A stretch of DNA of 64,000 nt from Hydrolagus affinis (taxonomy: Eukaryota): positions 1 to 64,000 of the forward strand of contig JAAILG010001136.1 in assembly GCA_012026655.1 (NCBI GenBank). Reading direction: 5' to 3'. This document shows positions 9,531-21,853 of the stretch, piece after piece; position 1 is the first letter of the stretch; each line of letters opens with the position of its first letter. The position numbers were made by a program, and so were the translations under genes. Under the pieces are notes generated by a model. That model was not told the DNA's origin, did no database searches, and saw only the letters and a program-made list of their open reading frames with translations.

Positions 9531-10679
9531 TTCAGAGGTGCTTTTCTAACGAATCAAGAAATCTTGGAAGGTGGTTAATAGATTGATCCACAGGAATTCA
9601 ACTGAAAGGAATTTCCTGATTGGAAAATACATATCCTCAAAAGGCAGCCACACTGGGTTTGACATCAGGTCAGTCTCCTTTCAGGGAATGCTCTTTGCCA
9701 CAAAATAATGGAAGATGAAATTATACATTTAACCTTTTATAAGACTCACATAATGCCAAATCACAGGCTGCACTGTAGCTTTCACTCTCTCTCGCAACCA
9801 ATGTGGGAGCACAATTTCTCATCTCCTAATTTCAGTTCAAGGTTAGATGTGAATCAATGATTTGACATCAGGTCAGAATAAATAGTCTAATTGAAATTCC
9901 TCTACAGTGTTTGTGGGCTGGTAATTTGCTACAGAGCGGCACACATTCTTATCAGGGGCAGAAGAGAATGTAAAGATTCAAAGACCGCAGTTCACCTACA
10001 CTGATTTAATTGGAACCCACTTTATAAAATAAACTTCAGGCATTTATCTGGCTTGATAAAAATAATAACATATAAGCATTTCTACTTAAATTCCATTAGA
10101 AACACGAATCAGTAAATTACTTTAAAAATAATTAAAGCAATAATTTGCAGCAAGCACGCAAATAAATGATTAAATTTACCCCCCCTTGTTTAAGCCACCC
10201 CACATCACAACACACTGCTCCAGAGTCGGTGGCCAAGCTGAAAGCTCCTGATCCCAGACCTCTGAATTAATGTTATGTCACTGATAGTCGATCAGAGTGC
10301 AGTACACAAACTCTTAGTTAGTCCTCGCCCTCAGAAGGAGATCAGGACCTAACACATCATGGTCAATGGGTTAAAAATTGCAATCTAGGAATTGTGAAGG
10401 GCAGGGTGTTGCACAATTGTGAGGAGAAAGTCCTGAGAAAATTGTATAACAACAGTTAACAGTTACGTTCCTTCAGGAAGCAGCACGAGACGACAAAAGG
10501 GGGCAGGAAGATTTAAAATAATAATAATACTAGTAGTCATCTTTGCGTTGACATAGTGCCGTATCTCGTCAAGCAATGCGTGTTAGGTAATGCGGTACAT
10601 GGGAGAAGCACCAGGAGGTTGATACACTGGTTTGATTTGTACTTTGTTGTGTTACTGATTAAAAAAACGACTCGGAAAG

Positions 10680-10729
10680 CACAGGCAACACCCCTGTGCT
10701 GCCTGTGCAGCACAGGGGTGTTGCCTGTG
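10680..10729. repeat. Perfect 23-bp inverted repeat with 4-nt loop
   Basis: cacaggcaacacccctgtgctgc-ctgt-gcagcacaggggtgttgcctgtg; the arms are exact reverse complements. Confidence 0.95.
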
Positions 10730-11229
10730 AATAGCGGCCAGGCCACTGGCAGAAGCCTATTGAAGTATAGCATAAATAAAGCAGCTCAGGTAGTTCATTC
10801 CTCTGGTTAGAGTGGATACAAGGCCTGACGCTTACCAGAGCAGCAAATTTAATGACCAAATTTGCAAGAGAAAGGATCAGTACATATTCCAAATATAAAT
10901 TGTGGGGAATGAAGGTGGGGGTGGGGAAGGGATGGTATTATTCTGGCTTTGCTTCTTAATGAGATTTGTTGGAAGCTGAATATCACCCCAAGGTGTTTGA
11001 GCAGGCGATGTGAGAGCCACTATAATGGATTATAGCAATCACTGTTATGGGAAGACTTCTCAAATTAGATTTAGTTGGCAATCCTGGAAAGTTTGGAGAC
11101 CGGTAATTTAAAAGATATTTTCACATTATAAAGATATGAGTTGAAGCCACGAGACGAATGGTGATTTATCTTGATGAAAAAGAAAAACAAGGAAAATGTT
11201 TGGACGTGGAGAGGTAGCCTACTGCCTCG

Positions 11230-11420
11230 ACAGCGCAAGATGCTGATTAACAAGGGAACTAGGAAGTCAGGGTGTATGGCCAGAAGTACGCAGTATAACT
11301 CTCAGCGATGCCTTAATGGAATCACACTTGGAATATTGTATTCAATTTGGGGTCACCAAGGCAACAAAAGCACATTGATGCACTGAAGAAGCCACGGTGA
11401 ACTGCAATAAGCACTATTTG
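11230..11420 (+). mobile_element. Degenerate CR1 LINE reverse-transcriptase fragment
   Basis: cacttggaatattgtattcaatttggg encodes HLEYCIQF, like the CR1 ORF2 motif HLEYCVQFWSP. Confidence 0.5.
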
Positions 11421-12033
11421 AAATTCTGGTTAACAATCTGAGACGGCAGGCAATGGGCTAAAATTATTTCCTTTAGCAAAGTAAATACCAAGATCAGATA
11501 CAAATCAAGGATTAAATAATGAGGAAGATATAAGTTTTTAGACAAACTGGGTCCTTGCTTAAGGTGGCTGACATGGGAAGTAAGATGCCTCCATGACACT
11601 GTTTCTTCCTCTCCATTTCCGCTCTGGGAGAATGTGTTGGACAGAACCTTAAACCGAAATTATGATAGTGATTGTTGGCTGAATATTTGCAGCATTATGT
11701 ACCCTAGTGGGCTTGAATCAGGAGATTACCATCAGATCTAGAAAAAGTGCCATATCCCCTTGCCGGGCATTTAAATTCACATACTGGATTTATCATTCAA
11801 ATAATCAAATAATTTGAATTTATCATTCAAATAAATTAACATTATGGCAATAAACCTATTCAAACTTCATGAATAACTAATATTGGAATACTAACCTAAA
11901 TAACGTTAACGAAAACATATTTCTAAATAAAAAACTTTACCTGTGAGCTCCTTCTGTTGTCTTTTTCTTTCCTATTCTCAGTTCCCATCCCAGTTTGATT
12001 TTGTTTACTTTTTTCCCCTATATTATCTACCTT

Positions 12034-12290
12034 GTGGAATTCTGTAGCTCAGTGGTTAGAGCACTCGCCTCACAAGCAAGGAATCTGGGGGTTCAGTTCC
12101 CAGGCAGGGCGAAATGTTGGGCAAGTTTCCCTGCTCCACACACATCTATTTGCCTAGCAGTAAGTAGGAACTGCAATTGGTTGCTGCGTTTTGCCCACAA
12201 AAAATATAGTCAAACCACTTTAGTGTTTATATCCCGTGAAGCACTTTGAGATGTCTAAGGCACTATTTCAAATGCAAGGATTATTTATAT
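12034..12290 (+). mobile_element. tRNA-derived SINE with internal deletion
   Basis: gtagctcagtggttagagc A-box, ggttcagttccc B-box, L2-like tail ending ggattattt. Confidence 0.85.
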
Positions 12291-14114
12291 TACATATATT
12301 ATCTATCTTCTCTCACGCTTTGTTTACAAAAATACATTTTAAACATATATATTTCCCATTTTCTTCTTTTTATCCAGCTCTTCGTGTTCATTCCGGAGGC
12401 GAGAAGACATTTTTGGCTAAAAATAGCTTTAGCAGAGTTTGGCTTCCTACTTATCAAAAACCCAGACTATAATTGGCATGATTCTAAAAACATACTTACA
12501 ACACACGTTGTCATTGTTGTTATTCACACACCACACCTGATCTGTCCCAACAATAAAACCAAGCTAGAAATAATTTCCTAATAGCTAAGTTCAAGCAGTG
12601 ATTGTGCCTCAAATGGCCAAATATTCTTCACATAACCTTCCCCCTCACCCCAATTTAGCTTTAGCCACCGCCAAAAAACCTTGTCAAAAGGACTACATTA
12701 TGCCACATTCCCTTTCATTAATTTGATATGCACCTGAAAGCAGCTGGATGGTTTACTGTTTGTAAATCATTACCTCTGTTGCATAGCCTCTGGGTGCAAC
12801 CTTTTCAGTTTGCTGAATTGGTGCTCGAGTAACACTTATTTATGTTGAAGCCTGTCTTTGATGTGACAAAGTTTTGGTGCAGGAAAACATACTATTTTTG
12901 GATTCTTTGTAGCAGTAAAAACACAAGGCCAGTACTTATGAGATTGGTGAAGGGAAGGCATTCGATTTGCTGGGTTGGGCACAATCCAAGCATTTGGATG
13001 TTGACAGTAATACAGTATGTTTCAACTCATTTTAGGATAAGCTAAGACCTCAACAGAAACAGAAGTAAAATACATTTCACTCCTGTCACAGCACAAGCCG
13101 TAGACATTTGATTTGTAATTCCTATTTTATTGATCATAAATATAAAGTTAATGGCTTGTCAGACACTTACCTTTTGCTCTGCTTCTGGTCCTCCAGCAAT
13201 GCTACATCCAGCAGATTAAACTCTGCTTCCAGCAGCCAGAGCAGTTGGATATTTAAAACATGGCAAACAACACTGGGGCAAAGTGCAAATGTTGTACCCC
13301 AATGCAATATGCCAGGTATATTAACAAAAAATCTAACTAAGGAAGCACATAGCTGAAGTGTTTATAGCAAGTTAACAACTGTTCACCAGTTTTGTTGAGG
13401 AAGAATGAGCTGCATTCTGAAGTAAATTGAGGGACAGGTCTCAATTGGAACCATTTAATTAAACTTGAAACAACATTTCCTTCATAGAGTTTCGGTATGT
13501 ATTTTTGGGGGGCTGGCTTGGATTGATCCCAGCTTCCTTATTCTCATTTGATTGTATTGTTTCAGTGATACATGCAAACATAACTTTTTTTCCCCCCATT
13601 TCTGTTAGCACCACTGATCAACCTAATTGAGTACCTTATGTGGTAGTCAGGTACAGTACTTGGAAATGAATTACAATAAGTTTCTCGTCCCAGTTAACAC
13701 AAGTAACCATTCAATTCAAAGGGCATTCACAGTATCTTGGATTCAAAGGACCATAATATACCTTCTCTTGGTGGTCTCCAATCTAAAGCCCCTGGATTGC
13801 ACTTCTGATCTTAGTCCATTCACAGAGCATTTATCTGAAGTTCACAATATTCCTTTCCTCACACGAAATGTGTGCGTAATGTGTAGACTGTGCGTATGAA
13901 TAATTCAGGGTCATATTCAACAGATTTGAAGGTTTCAATATACGTTTAGTTGAGATCAGGCAGAGATAAGGTTTAGCAGGCCACATAGGGTTTCCTGCAC
14001 CCAACTGTGTTTATTATCCCCCGATTCTATCGTTATGAGAACATACGTCGTTTTAGATATTGAACTTGTTTCAGCTCAAAAAGATCCAAGTTTGTTTTTG
14101 TACTATTTTAATGG

Positions 14115-14372
14115 TAATCCTTGCAGTTTATCCGTCAAAACGTTTTATAGAGTTTCGGTAATTACTACTAAGTGTAGTGGCTGTATAAGTCTACACGGCT
14201 GCTAATTCACACATACGTCCCACAAACAGTCAGTACATGATTGATCAATTTAACTGAACTATTGGTTTTGGAGGATACCAGGAGAAACTGCATCGTTTTG
14301 AATAGAGCAATAGGTTTTTTAACATCCAGGCAGATGAGACATCTCATCTGAAGGATGGCACCTCTGACTGCA
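14115..14372 (-). mobile_element. Old Deu-domain SINE
   Basis: tctcatctgaaggatggcacctctgac is the reverse complement of the Deu core; tail at 14115. Confidence 0.55.
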
Positions 14373-15417
14373 GTGACTCAAAATCGACAAAACTGCAACC
14401 TTGGCATGTTGCTGAATCGTTGCGTTTTGATCAAATCAGTTCATTCACAATAGAAGAGGCCACCATTTGCACACAAAAAAGTTCTGTGTAGAAAACAAAC
14501 AAACTGTGCTTTGATACAACCAATCAACACGATAAAATTTTGCCTCTTCTTCTACTGCTCTATTGTGGTTAAGAGCTGACCCAATCCATTCAACAAACCA
14601 TCACAGGTTTCAGCTGGCTGTGAGAATGAATGATTGAAGACCACCAATGAACCAAATACATTCTTAAGTTGCTCTACACAGTGGGTTCCATTTAACGCCA
14701 TTTCTTATTTGCTACTTCTCACTGGTAACGCAGCCACTGAATGCTTCTCTAAATTCCCAATGTCATTTCATCATTGTCAATTCTTGACCAATGTCCTTTT
14801 GCTACTGAAAATGTTCATTGTAATTTCCTGCTGCAAATGTTTGTAGATTCTTCAAAATGGACACTTTTACAATTCCCACAAAACGGCATAACTAGCTAGG
14901 GCATAAAGTGACCGCTTTTGTTTTTGGTGGGTGGGGGGGAATTTTACCGCAACAGAATAACATAATTCTGTTATTTCCACATCATGGTTCCTGACATGCT
15001 ATGGACTGGCAAACTGAAAAAGACAGTAAAAGGAAACCACAGTGTTGGAGTTTACTCAGCCTAATCAAAATGTGAGCACATTATAGACCATAGTTTTTTT
15101 TGCTTGAGGACAACACAGCCACCATGCTGAACTGTACTGGTTACTTATATTCCCATACGAAGTAAGATAAAGATGCCATATGTAAAAACAAAACTGCATT
15201 GGAGATGATGCATTTTATATAATAAATGTATAAAATTCATAAAGTTCCCCCTCCCCCATACGTATATTAAGATTAAAATGAAATGATTACATCAAAAGAA
15301 TTCACGCATTAGGGATCAACCGCATCTCTATCAGCATACACTTCAGTCTGGTGGCACAGAAGTCAACAATTCGGAAGCACTTTGTAAAATATGGTCTATA
15401 GACGTGTGTAAACTTAC

Positions 15418-15483
15418 TCTGATAAGATGTACGGAGTCGTTTCAGTGAGTACAAACTAGATAGGCCGCGCATGCAAACGTTTT
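15418..15483 (-). CDS. STXBP5L: Tomosyn-2 hypervariable-region exon, 66 nt, symmetric phase 1 (ENVCMRGLSSLYSLKRLRTSYQS); probably alternatively spliced
   Basis: Acceptor ctgacag, donor GTAAGT; matches the recalled STXBP5L-specific DNFCMRGLSNFYPDLTKRIRTSYQS, supporting STXBP5L over STXBP5. Confidence 0.88.
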
Positions 15484-17173
15484 CTGTCAGCATGCCAAAC
15501 CATCACCAGCAGCAGGCAGGCAGGCAGGCAGAGGAGAGGAGAGAAAAACAGAACACAGGCTAGAGTGAAAGAAAGTGACAGCATGTGGCCGTCAAACAGC
15601 AAGTCTTCATTCAGCAGCACGCAGGAGAAATTGTAAGTGGAAAAGTAAGTCATTCATTGTATGCAAGCTGAGGATAAAGCCATTCAAATGCAGTTACGAA
15701 CATAGGGAAATGAGAGTAAAATAGACAGACCCTAATGCCGCGTCTAAACACGGCAATGAACAATCAGGCTGGATTCTTAAAAATGCACTCTAATGTTCCT
15801 CTACGGAGACAACAATTAGGTTCTGTATATCTCAATGTGTTAACCTTAATTGGGTGTAATGTATACAAATGCCTAACTAAATAAACAGTAAATAAACAGA
15901 AATATCATGGTGGAAACATTCTTTATAATTTCTGAGTGGGTACTGAGCCAACGTATCTGGTCAAATGCCACAGCAGTTATTATACACATCATGTCGATCT
16001 ATTCCATCTCGATCATTTCAATTTCAACTCTTGGTTTTTGGCCATCTGAACATTTGTTTCATTTGAAACAATACACCAGTCATAATAGTCATCACGTTTC
16101 AATTTGGTGTTAACTATTTTGGTGTTAACTATGTTAACAAGTTTTGATATTCTTCTATTAGCTGATCAGATTGTAAGATGAGCGATCAGCAACATCTTCT
16201 AACTTTGAGAAATGTTGTTCTATTCTCCAGCAGTATTCCCCCCCACCCACCCTCACCCACCCACTCCCACCCCCAAGTCTTGGCTTCTGTCAACTTGCAA
16301 GTAAAGTCTCCTGGTTTAGGTGAGCAAGGTGAATATATATATATATGTGCATCTCTCAGTAATTTGGTTTGGATATTGAAACATGGGGATGGGTTTCCGG
16401 ATATACCAGACAACCAGCTGACAAAAACAAAATGATCCAGAGAACCGCAGTGATATTTCTGTATTAACGTTTAGAATTCAAACTTAATTTTAAAAAGGAT
16501 CACCCTGTAAATGACAAATTTATACTAGATTTGATATGCCTTAGCTCAACCTCATAATGTTCAGCACTGACACAACCTGTCAGCTACTGTAGAGCGGGTC
16601 AGCCAAGATAATCCTTTTAGGTTTGATTTTGAGGATTGGCTGATACTCTCGCCTGTCCTCCCAGCTACTGCTTAACTCCATATTTCAACAGCAATTGCCT
16701 GGACCCTGACGGATCATCATTCTGTACTATGCCAGGGCCATGGGAAGGCAAATTGTTTTCCTTGATGAAACTGTACTATCAGTTAACCATGAACATCCTG
16801 ATTTAAAGATGTTAACTGGTAGTTAATGATTCCAATAGGGACATAAAAGGAAACACAAAGGAATTAAAATGACAGAAAATTATTTTATGGCTGATAATAA
16901 AAAGATGAATTTTTACGTTATTGCACAGAAAGGAAAAGAACGCTCTATCGGTAATTAGGGTTCAAACCAATTCCTCAATTGGGTCCAAATGAGCACAATT
17001 TCATATCAATATTTTGTGAACATTCTTCATTTTGGTGAGCTTTCATAAAGGCTTTCTCCTTTTGCACTTTTATGTTTGTTAAAAAAATACACAGTAAAAA
17101 TGCTTCCACACCAAATAAATCATTTCAGTGTCCCTGTTCTCAGAAATTCCCTGTATTCGCCGCTTCTAGAGTC

Positions 17174-17463
17174 AATAATAATCCTTGCATTTGATATAGC
17201 GCCTTATCATGAGATGTCATAAAGCACTTCACAGAATAGACTGTAAAGTGAATTGACTGTATATTTTATGGGCGAATTGTGGCAGCCAATTGCACACAAC
17301 AGTGTCCCACAAACGGGCGTGGATTGAGTGACCAATTTTTAAAATTTTTTAAAGGGATTATTACCCCGAAAAAGTGACCCGCCACTTGACTAACAACCGT
17401 GTTTCTAGTTACTGCTAAGGTAAACAGAGGCGTGTGAAGCAGGGAAACGTGCCTAGTGTTTCA
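17174..17463 (-). mobile_element. tRNA-derived SINE (longer variant), 5'-truncated
   Basis: Family tail and core, plus the extra segment shared with the 5461 copy. Confidence 0.85.
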
Positions 17464-18264
17464 CTGTGGTAAAGTGGTAATGTTAAAAAAGCTTCATTCA
17501 CCTAACAGGATTGCCTGGTTCATAAAATAGATCTCTTTACAATTTGCCCTTCACCTCCATGTTGCTCCAGTACCAACCAAAAGGACATCTGTTTGTGGCA
17601 GACAGGGAAAGGGAATTGACTTGCAATCAGTCATTCTCCTGTTCAAGTGAACAATTTCTCTGGCACAGCCAATAGGCCATTTGCCAACTTTTCTATTGCG
17701 ATGACTAAATTTGTGTGTGAAGTATAAATGACCTCATAACTAAGTACTGTGGTATCATAGCCCCATTGTGTTTTAGTGGACTGGATGATAAATATCCAAC
17801 TTGGGTTAATAAATATTCTAAGTGGTTAATTTCAGAATCAGCTATGAACAAAATCCAGGTCTGACAAGATCAAAATCTTCTTGTCAGCAGCCTAACTGAG
17901 AATTGCCACATATATTTGAACTGTGACCATGAAATCTGTCTTGAAGCATCGAGCTTTGATTCTATTACATTGCAAAACAAACAGTTCAATATAAGCTCAC
18001 TTTAAAAGTTACTAAGATAATGCTTCAATCTTAGATATTAGCTATCAACGTTCAATAATGACATTGAAAAATCCAAACTGTCTGGAAGTATCTGCTGTTA
18101 AGGTTCCATAATCTGGGACGAGTTATGGAAAAAGGCATACTTTTCAAGTATAATGCTGAAAGTTAAATCATTCCCATGTTAAGAAAATCAGTACTTGGGG
18201 GAAAAACTCAGATAAACAGGGTGAACCAGATTTGCAGAAAGAACAAACTGAGAAAATAAAAGAA

Positions 18265-18442
18265 TACAATTCCATTTGTATAGTGCCCTTCACATTGGGA
18301 GGACGGGATCGGGAAAGGTGGAGGGCAAAGGGGAAGCAGGGTTGAAGAGGTGGGTCTTGAGAAAGGTCTTGACGGAGGCAAGGGAGGGGGTGTGGTGGAG
18401 GGACTGCGGGATGAAGATTCAGAGGGTGAGGGCAGAATGCCA
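18265..18442 (-). mobile_element. L2 LINE 3' fragment
   Basis: Reverse complement of the L2 tail plus ggtcttgaga...ggggtgtgg purine-rich 3' region. Confidence 0.65.
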
Positions 18443-18796
18443 TAGAATTTTTTAAAATGCAGTTTTGAATTAAAAGCTAAAGAAAAAAAGAGATAAATGT
18501 CTTACAACTCAGGAATGTTTCATTTTATAAATAACGTTATGAGTTTAAATAAGAATTGATGCATCTTTTCCAATTGGAATTATAGAAAAGCAGTAACTTT
18601 GGCCTTACTGAAATCTGTACATGACAGTAACCGACTATTTTATACCATCCACATTCCTTTCCACAAATTAAATTGACTGGATGAGCACATCAGAAGTAAC
18701 CACACTGATATACTATATGTGAACAAACACAATTTCATGCAATATGCACTTCATTATTGCAAGTGGCGCCATCATCTGCCACTTGTTTTTTCTTAC

Positions 18797-18948
18797 CTGC
18801 AGTGAGCTGCTTACTCTTTCGTGGAGATCTGGTCTGCCGCTGATAGGGGTCACTTGTACCGTAAAGGTCAATAGTTCCCATGCTGAGTAGAATGTTCTTC
18901 TGCATAAAGTCCACAACAGCCAAACCATTACAGTTTCCAAATGCCACA
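18797..18948 (-). CDS. STXBP5L: Tomosyn-2 exon, 152 nt (VAFGNCNGLAVVDFMQKNILLSMGTIDLYGTSDPYQRQTRSPRKSKQLTA)
   Basis: Acceptor tctacag, donor GTAAGA, phase 2 to 1; lies within ORF 18735-18971. Confidence 0.95.
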
Positions 18949-19199
18949 CTGTAGAGAAGTTGGAAACACATTCAGATAGTATTTCATTCTTTAATGTACA
19001 TTCAAATAAAACTAGAATGTTGTAACACTAAGCAGGAGAGCCTGAGGTCATGTGAACACTCTTTTTTGAGGGCGGTGAAGACCTGAAGTCTATTTACTTG
19101 CAATATTGGATGGCCGTTAGCAATTTTACGTAAGGCGCTGTACAAATGTAATTTTCTGTTCGTTGGCAACAGAATAACTGGACAATTTATGTTACTCAC

Positions 19200-19325
19200 A
19201 TGCCATAGGCTGAGCTGACAGCTAGGCTGGTGATCTGTTGAGGTGGTTCTCCGTCTACCCATACTAGTTGAATGACAACGTCAGCTTGGTACCCAGGAGG
19301 CATTTTCACAGAACGACACTTCACC
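19200..19325 (-). CDS. STXBP5L: Tomosyn-2 exon, 126 nt (VKCRSVKMPPGYQADVVIQLVWVDGEPPQQITSLAVSSAYG)
   Basis: Acceptor ctctaag, donor GTGAGT, phase 2 to 2; conserved QLVWVDGEPPQQITSLAVSSAYG. Confidence 0.94.
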
Positions 19326-20139
19326 CTTAGAGCAACAATTTACAGGATAAGATTTCAGATTAAATAAATGTGCGTTGAAAACTCAGGAAATTCTGAAATA
19401 TATTTGCATTATTGTTTTTATTTTAAATACCCCAAACCAAATTTAGTACTGTAGTAACTAGTTCTTTAATAGCTCTATAGCTGTACTGTAATTCCTTTTT
19501 ACACCTTTTTCAATTCCAAGGCCTCAATTACCCCCATTTATTGGTTTCCTTGGGAGACTGGGACAGAACTGCCAACAGACAACTCCTCGTTACCATAATA
19601 CTCCTTGTTTGAAAACCAAGAAGACAACAGTATTAAAAACAAACAGAAGAAAGCTAGAACCGAGTATAATATTGCTAGAGAGAATACAACAGTAAAGCAA
19701 AGAGGCTAACGGTTTCTTTTATATAAAAAAAAGGCATGGTAAAACATAGGGCACAAAACAAGAATTAACAAGAGATGAAATGTAAGCAATAGCCTATTAT
19801 TGAACATGGAGGAAGCTTAAAGAATAGAAAGAATGAAATTAATTTTTGGAAAAAGGAAAGACTTGACTAAGGAGCAGCTCTAGTGTTCGGGTAAGTTAGC
19901 TTGCAGAACGGGAGGATTAATAACCATAAAAATCTATTGTTATACAGGATTAAACTGTAAAAATGGAACATAGGAGCACAAGACTTGCTTTATAGCCCCT
20001 CATTCACAACTGTTATCTAATCGTCGAGGTATTGTCAATGGGCATGGAGTAGTCTGTAGCTCAGATTGTCCCTGCCTCTATGCTTGAAAGTGGATGAAAA
20101 GCAGTGGTGTGGGACTCGAGACATAAGCTCACATCTTAC

Positions 20140-20312
20140 TTGAGACATGGAATGCTGTCTTTTATTCCCTCTGGTGTTAATGTATTTGCACTACCAGAGA
20201 GGGCTTGACTCTTTGGAAAGGAAAGCTGAGAAGGATCGGATAATGGTGGAACGGATTCAGATTCTGGAGTAACAATATCTTCAACTTCATACTGTAACCG
20301 CACTTCCAGAGC
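20140..20312 (-). CDS. STXBP5L: Tomosyn-2 exon, 173 nt (ALEVRLQYEVEDIVTPESESVPPLSDPSQLSFPKSQALSGSANTLTPEGIKDSIPCL)
   Basis: Acceptor ttttctag, donor GTAAGA, phase 0 to 2; LEVRLQY and KDSIPCL match the recalled STXBP5L sequence. Confidence 0.92.
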
Positions 20313-21853
20313 CTAGAAAAACACAGGTTTATAAAAACTAGCATGTCACATTCAAAACTGCAATAACAACATACATTTATATAGCACCCTTCATGCAATG
20401 CAGTGTCTCAGACTCTTAATCTGCTAATTTTGTTAAGTATGTTTATTTTAAGGACGTTTGCATTCTTCTCAACCTTCCAACAATTCCACGTGGAACCAAC
20501 TACCAGAACCATACAATAGGCAATACTGTACATCTATATCCCTTTCCTGGGTAGAAGCAGCTGGCCTCCACTTGTCACCTTGACAAACTAGGAAGACTGA
20601 GGCTGGGAAATCAGTCAAGTGGGGGAATTGAGCTTTTGTCCCCACAGTACTCTTGTGTGCCTTGTGTTCATGTTTCCTACATTCTGCCTCACTGAGCAAA
20701 AGCTAAATTTCCTTACTTAGCACTTAGAAATTCCAGCAGCTGATTAGTACCATGACAGCTTGCATTTGATTTTATATAACTATTTCTTACTCTTCTTTGA
20801 CGGGATGAATTATTTCACATACATGTAAATAAGGTTACAGTACCACTTCCAGTGTTGTGGATGGAATACTTTTTGTTAATATTTGAATAGTGCCTCCAAC
20901 AATTACTCAAGCTATTTATAAGCCATCCATGCTGTGTTCTTTACAATACAGTACATCCAAATAACAACAACAGCAAAATTACACTTGTATAGCACCTTTC
21001 ACATAAGGAGGACATCCCAAGGCGCTGGGACGACGTCCCAAGGCGCTGTAATACAATAATAGGATGTTTTAGAAAATCTTGGAGCTCACGGGAGGTGACG
21101 CAAATAAAACTTTGCAGACGTTTCACTCTAATATTTATGAAATCAATTAATTTAGTTAAACAACGAAAGAACCAGCATTTAAAAAAATAAATTGGTGGGG
21201 GAGCTAATTTTGGTTTAGAACTCTGTAGTACTCTGGAGAGTATTAATTAGCAATTACTTTTATTATTCTATAATTAACAGAGCAGAACGTAATATCCAGG
21301 AGACAGAGAATTTAACATTTGAAACCCATACATATTGCAATCAAGAATGCCACATAGACTCTGTTGAAATTTTAAGTTTTTAGCATTAAATAAATGCAAG
21401 TCCTAAACAAACATAATTTGAGTGAACTCGGGCCTGTAAGATTTGAATGTCTCAATGTCATGGGCTGCTTAATGCTCGGAAACATTTACTTAGCCTTTGA
21501 TATTTGTTCCCTTTTTAAGTTATGTAATACATTTACTATTTTTCACGGCAATATCTTTGAAGTTCCGAGGTGCCCGCCTAAAATATATACATATATTTCA
21601 GCCTGCTGTGGCTGCCGTTGAAATCAAAAAAGAACATTTTAGTCATTAGTAATTGAGGAAATAGCCAGAAAGGGAAAGGATTTGATTGTTGTCAAATTGT
21701 TGTTTAGAATGCAGTGATGTGCGGAAAATGAATAGTGCACTCTGTCTTTGGGATTCGGGATAAAGTACAGTTGCCTGCAATCTGTGGAATAACTTAACCT
21801 CCCTGTGCTGCACTGTTTTGTAAAGAGCATTATTTAACAGCATTATACATTCT

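Larger units (their letters stand above)
8450..9710 (+). pseudogene. Putative endogenous viral element: middle part of a Bunyavirales-like L gene (motif F to motif B), interrupted by two SINE fragments
   Basis: NLYLCCLF...EVLYG (ORF 8462), RLCME, HEFECKDQPIGTGRLIHLL (9056-9112, KxQxxGxR motif-F-like), VARQMDPKAYLSVHGG, SLFNQMLFLPRRMIK (9356), GFDIRSVSFQGMLFAT (9655-9702, QG motif-B-like). Motifs A and C not recognised. Confidence 0.6.

Noticed and set aside
11941-12017. Exon-like minus-strand segment ending CAG|GTAAAG
   Set aside because: Not phase-symmetric, purine-rich acceptor context, and abuts a SINE; most likely chance.
13171-13222. Strong GTAAGT donor after a purine-rich exon-like stretch (FNLLDVALLEDQKQSK)
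   Set aside because: The nearest usable acceptor gives 52 nt (frameshifting) with a poor pyrimidine tract and no tomosyn similarity; at most a poison exon, with no support.
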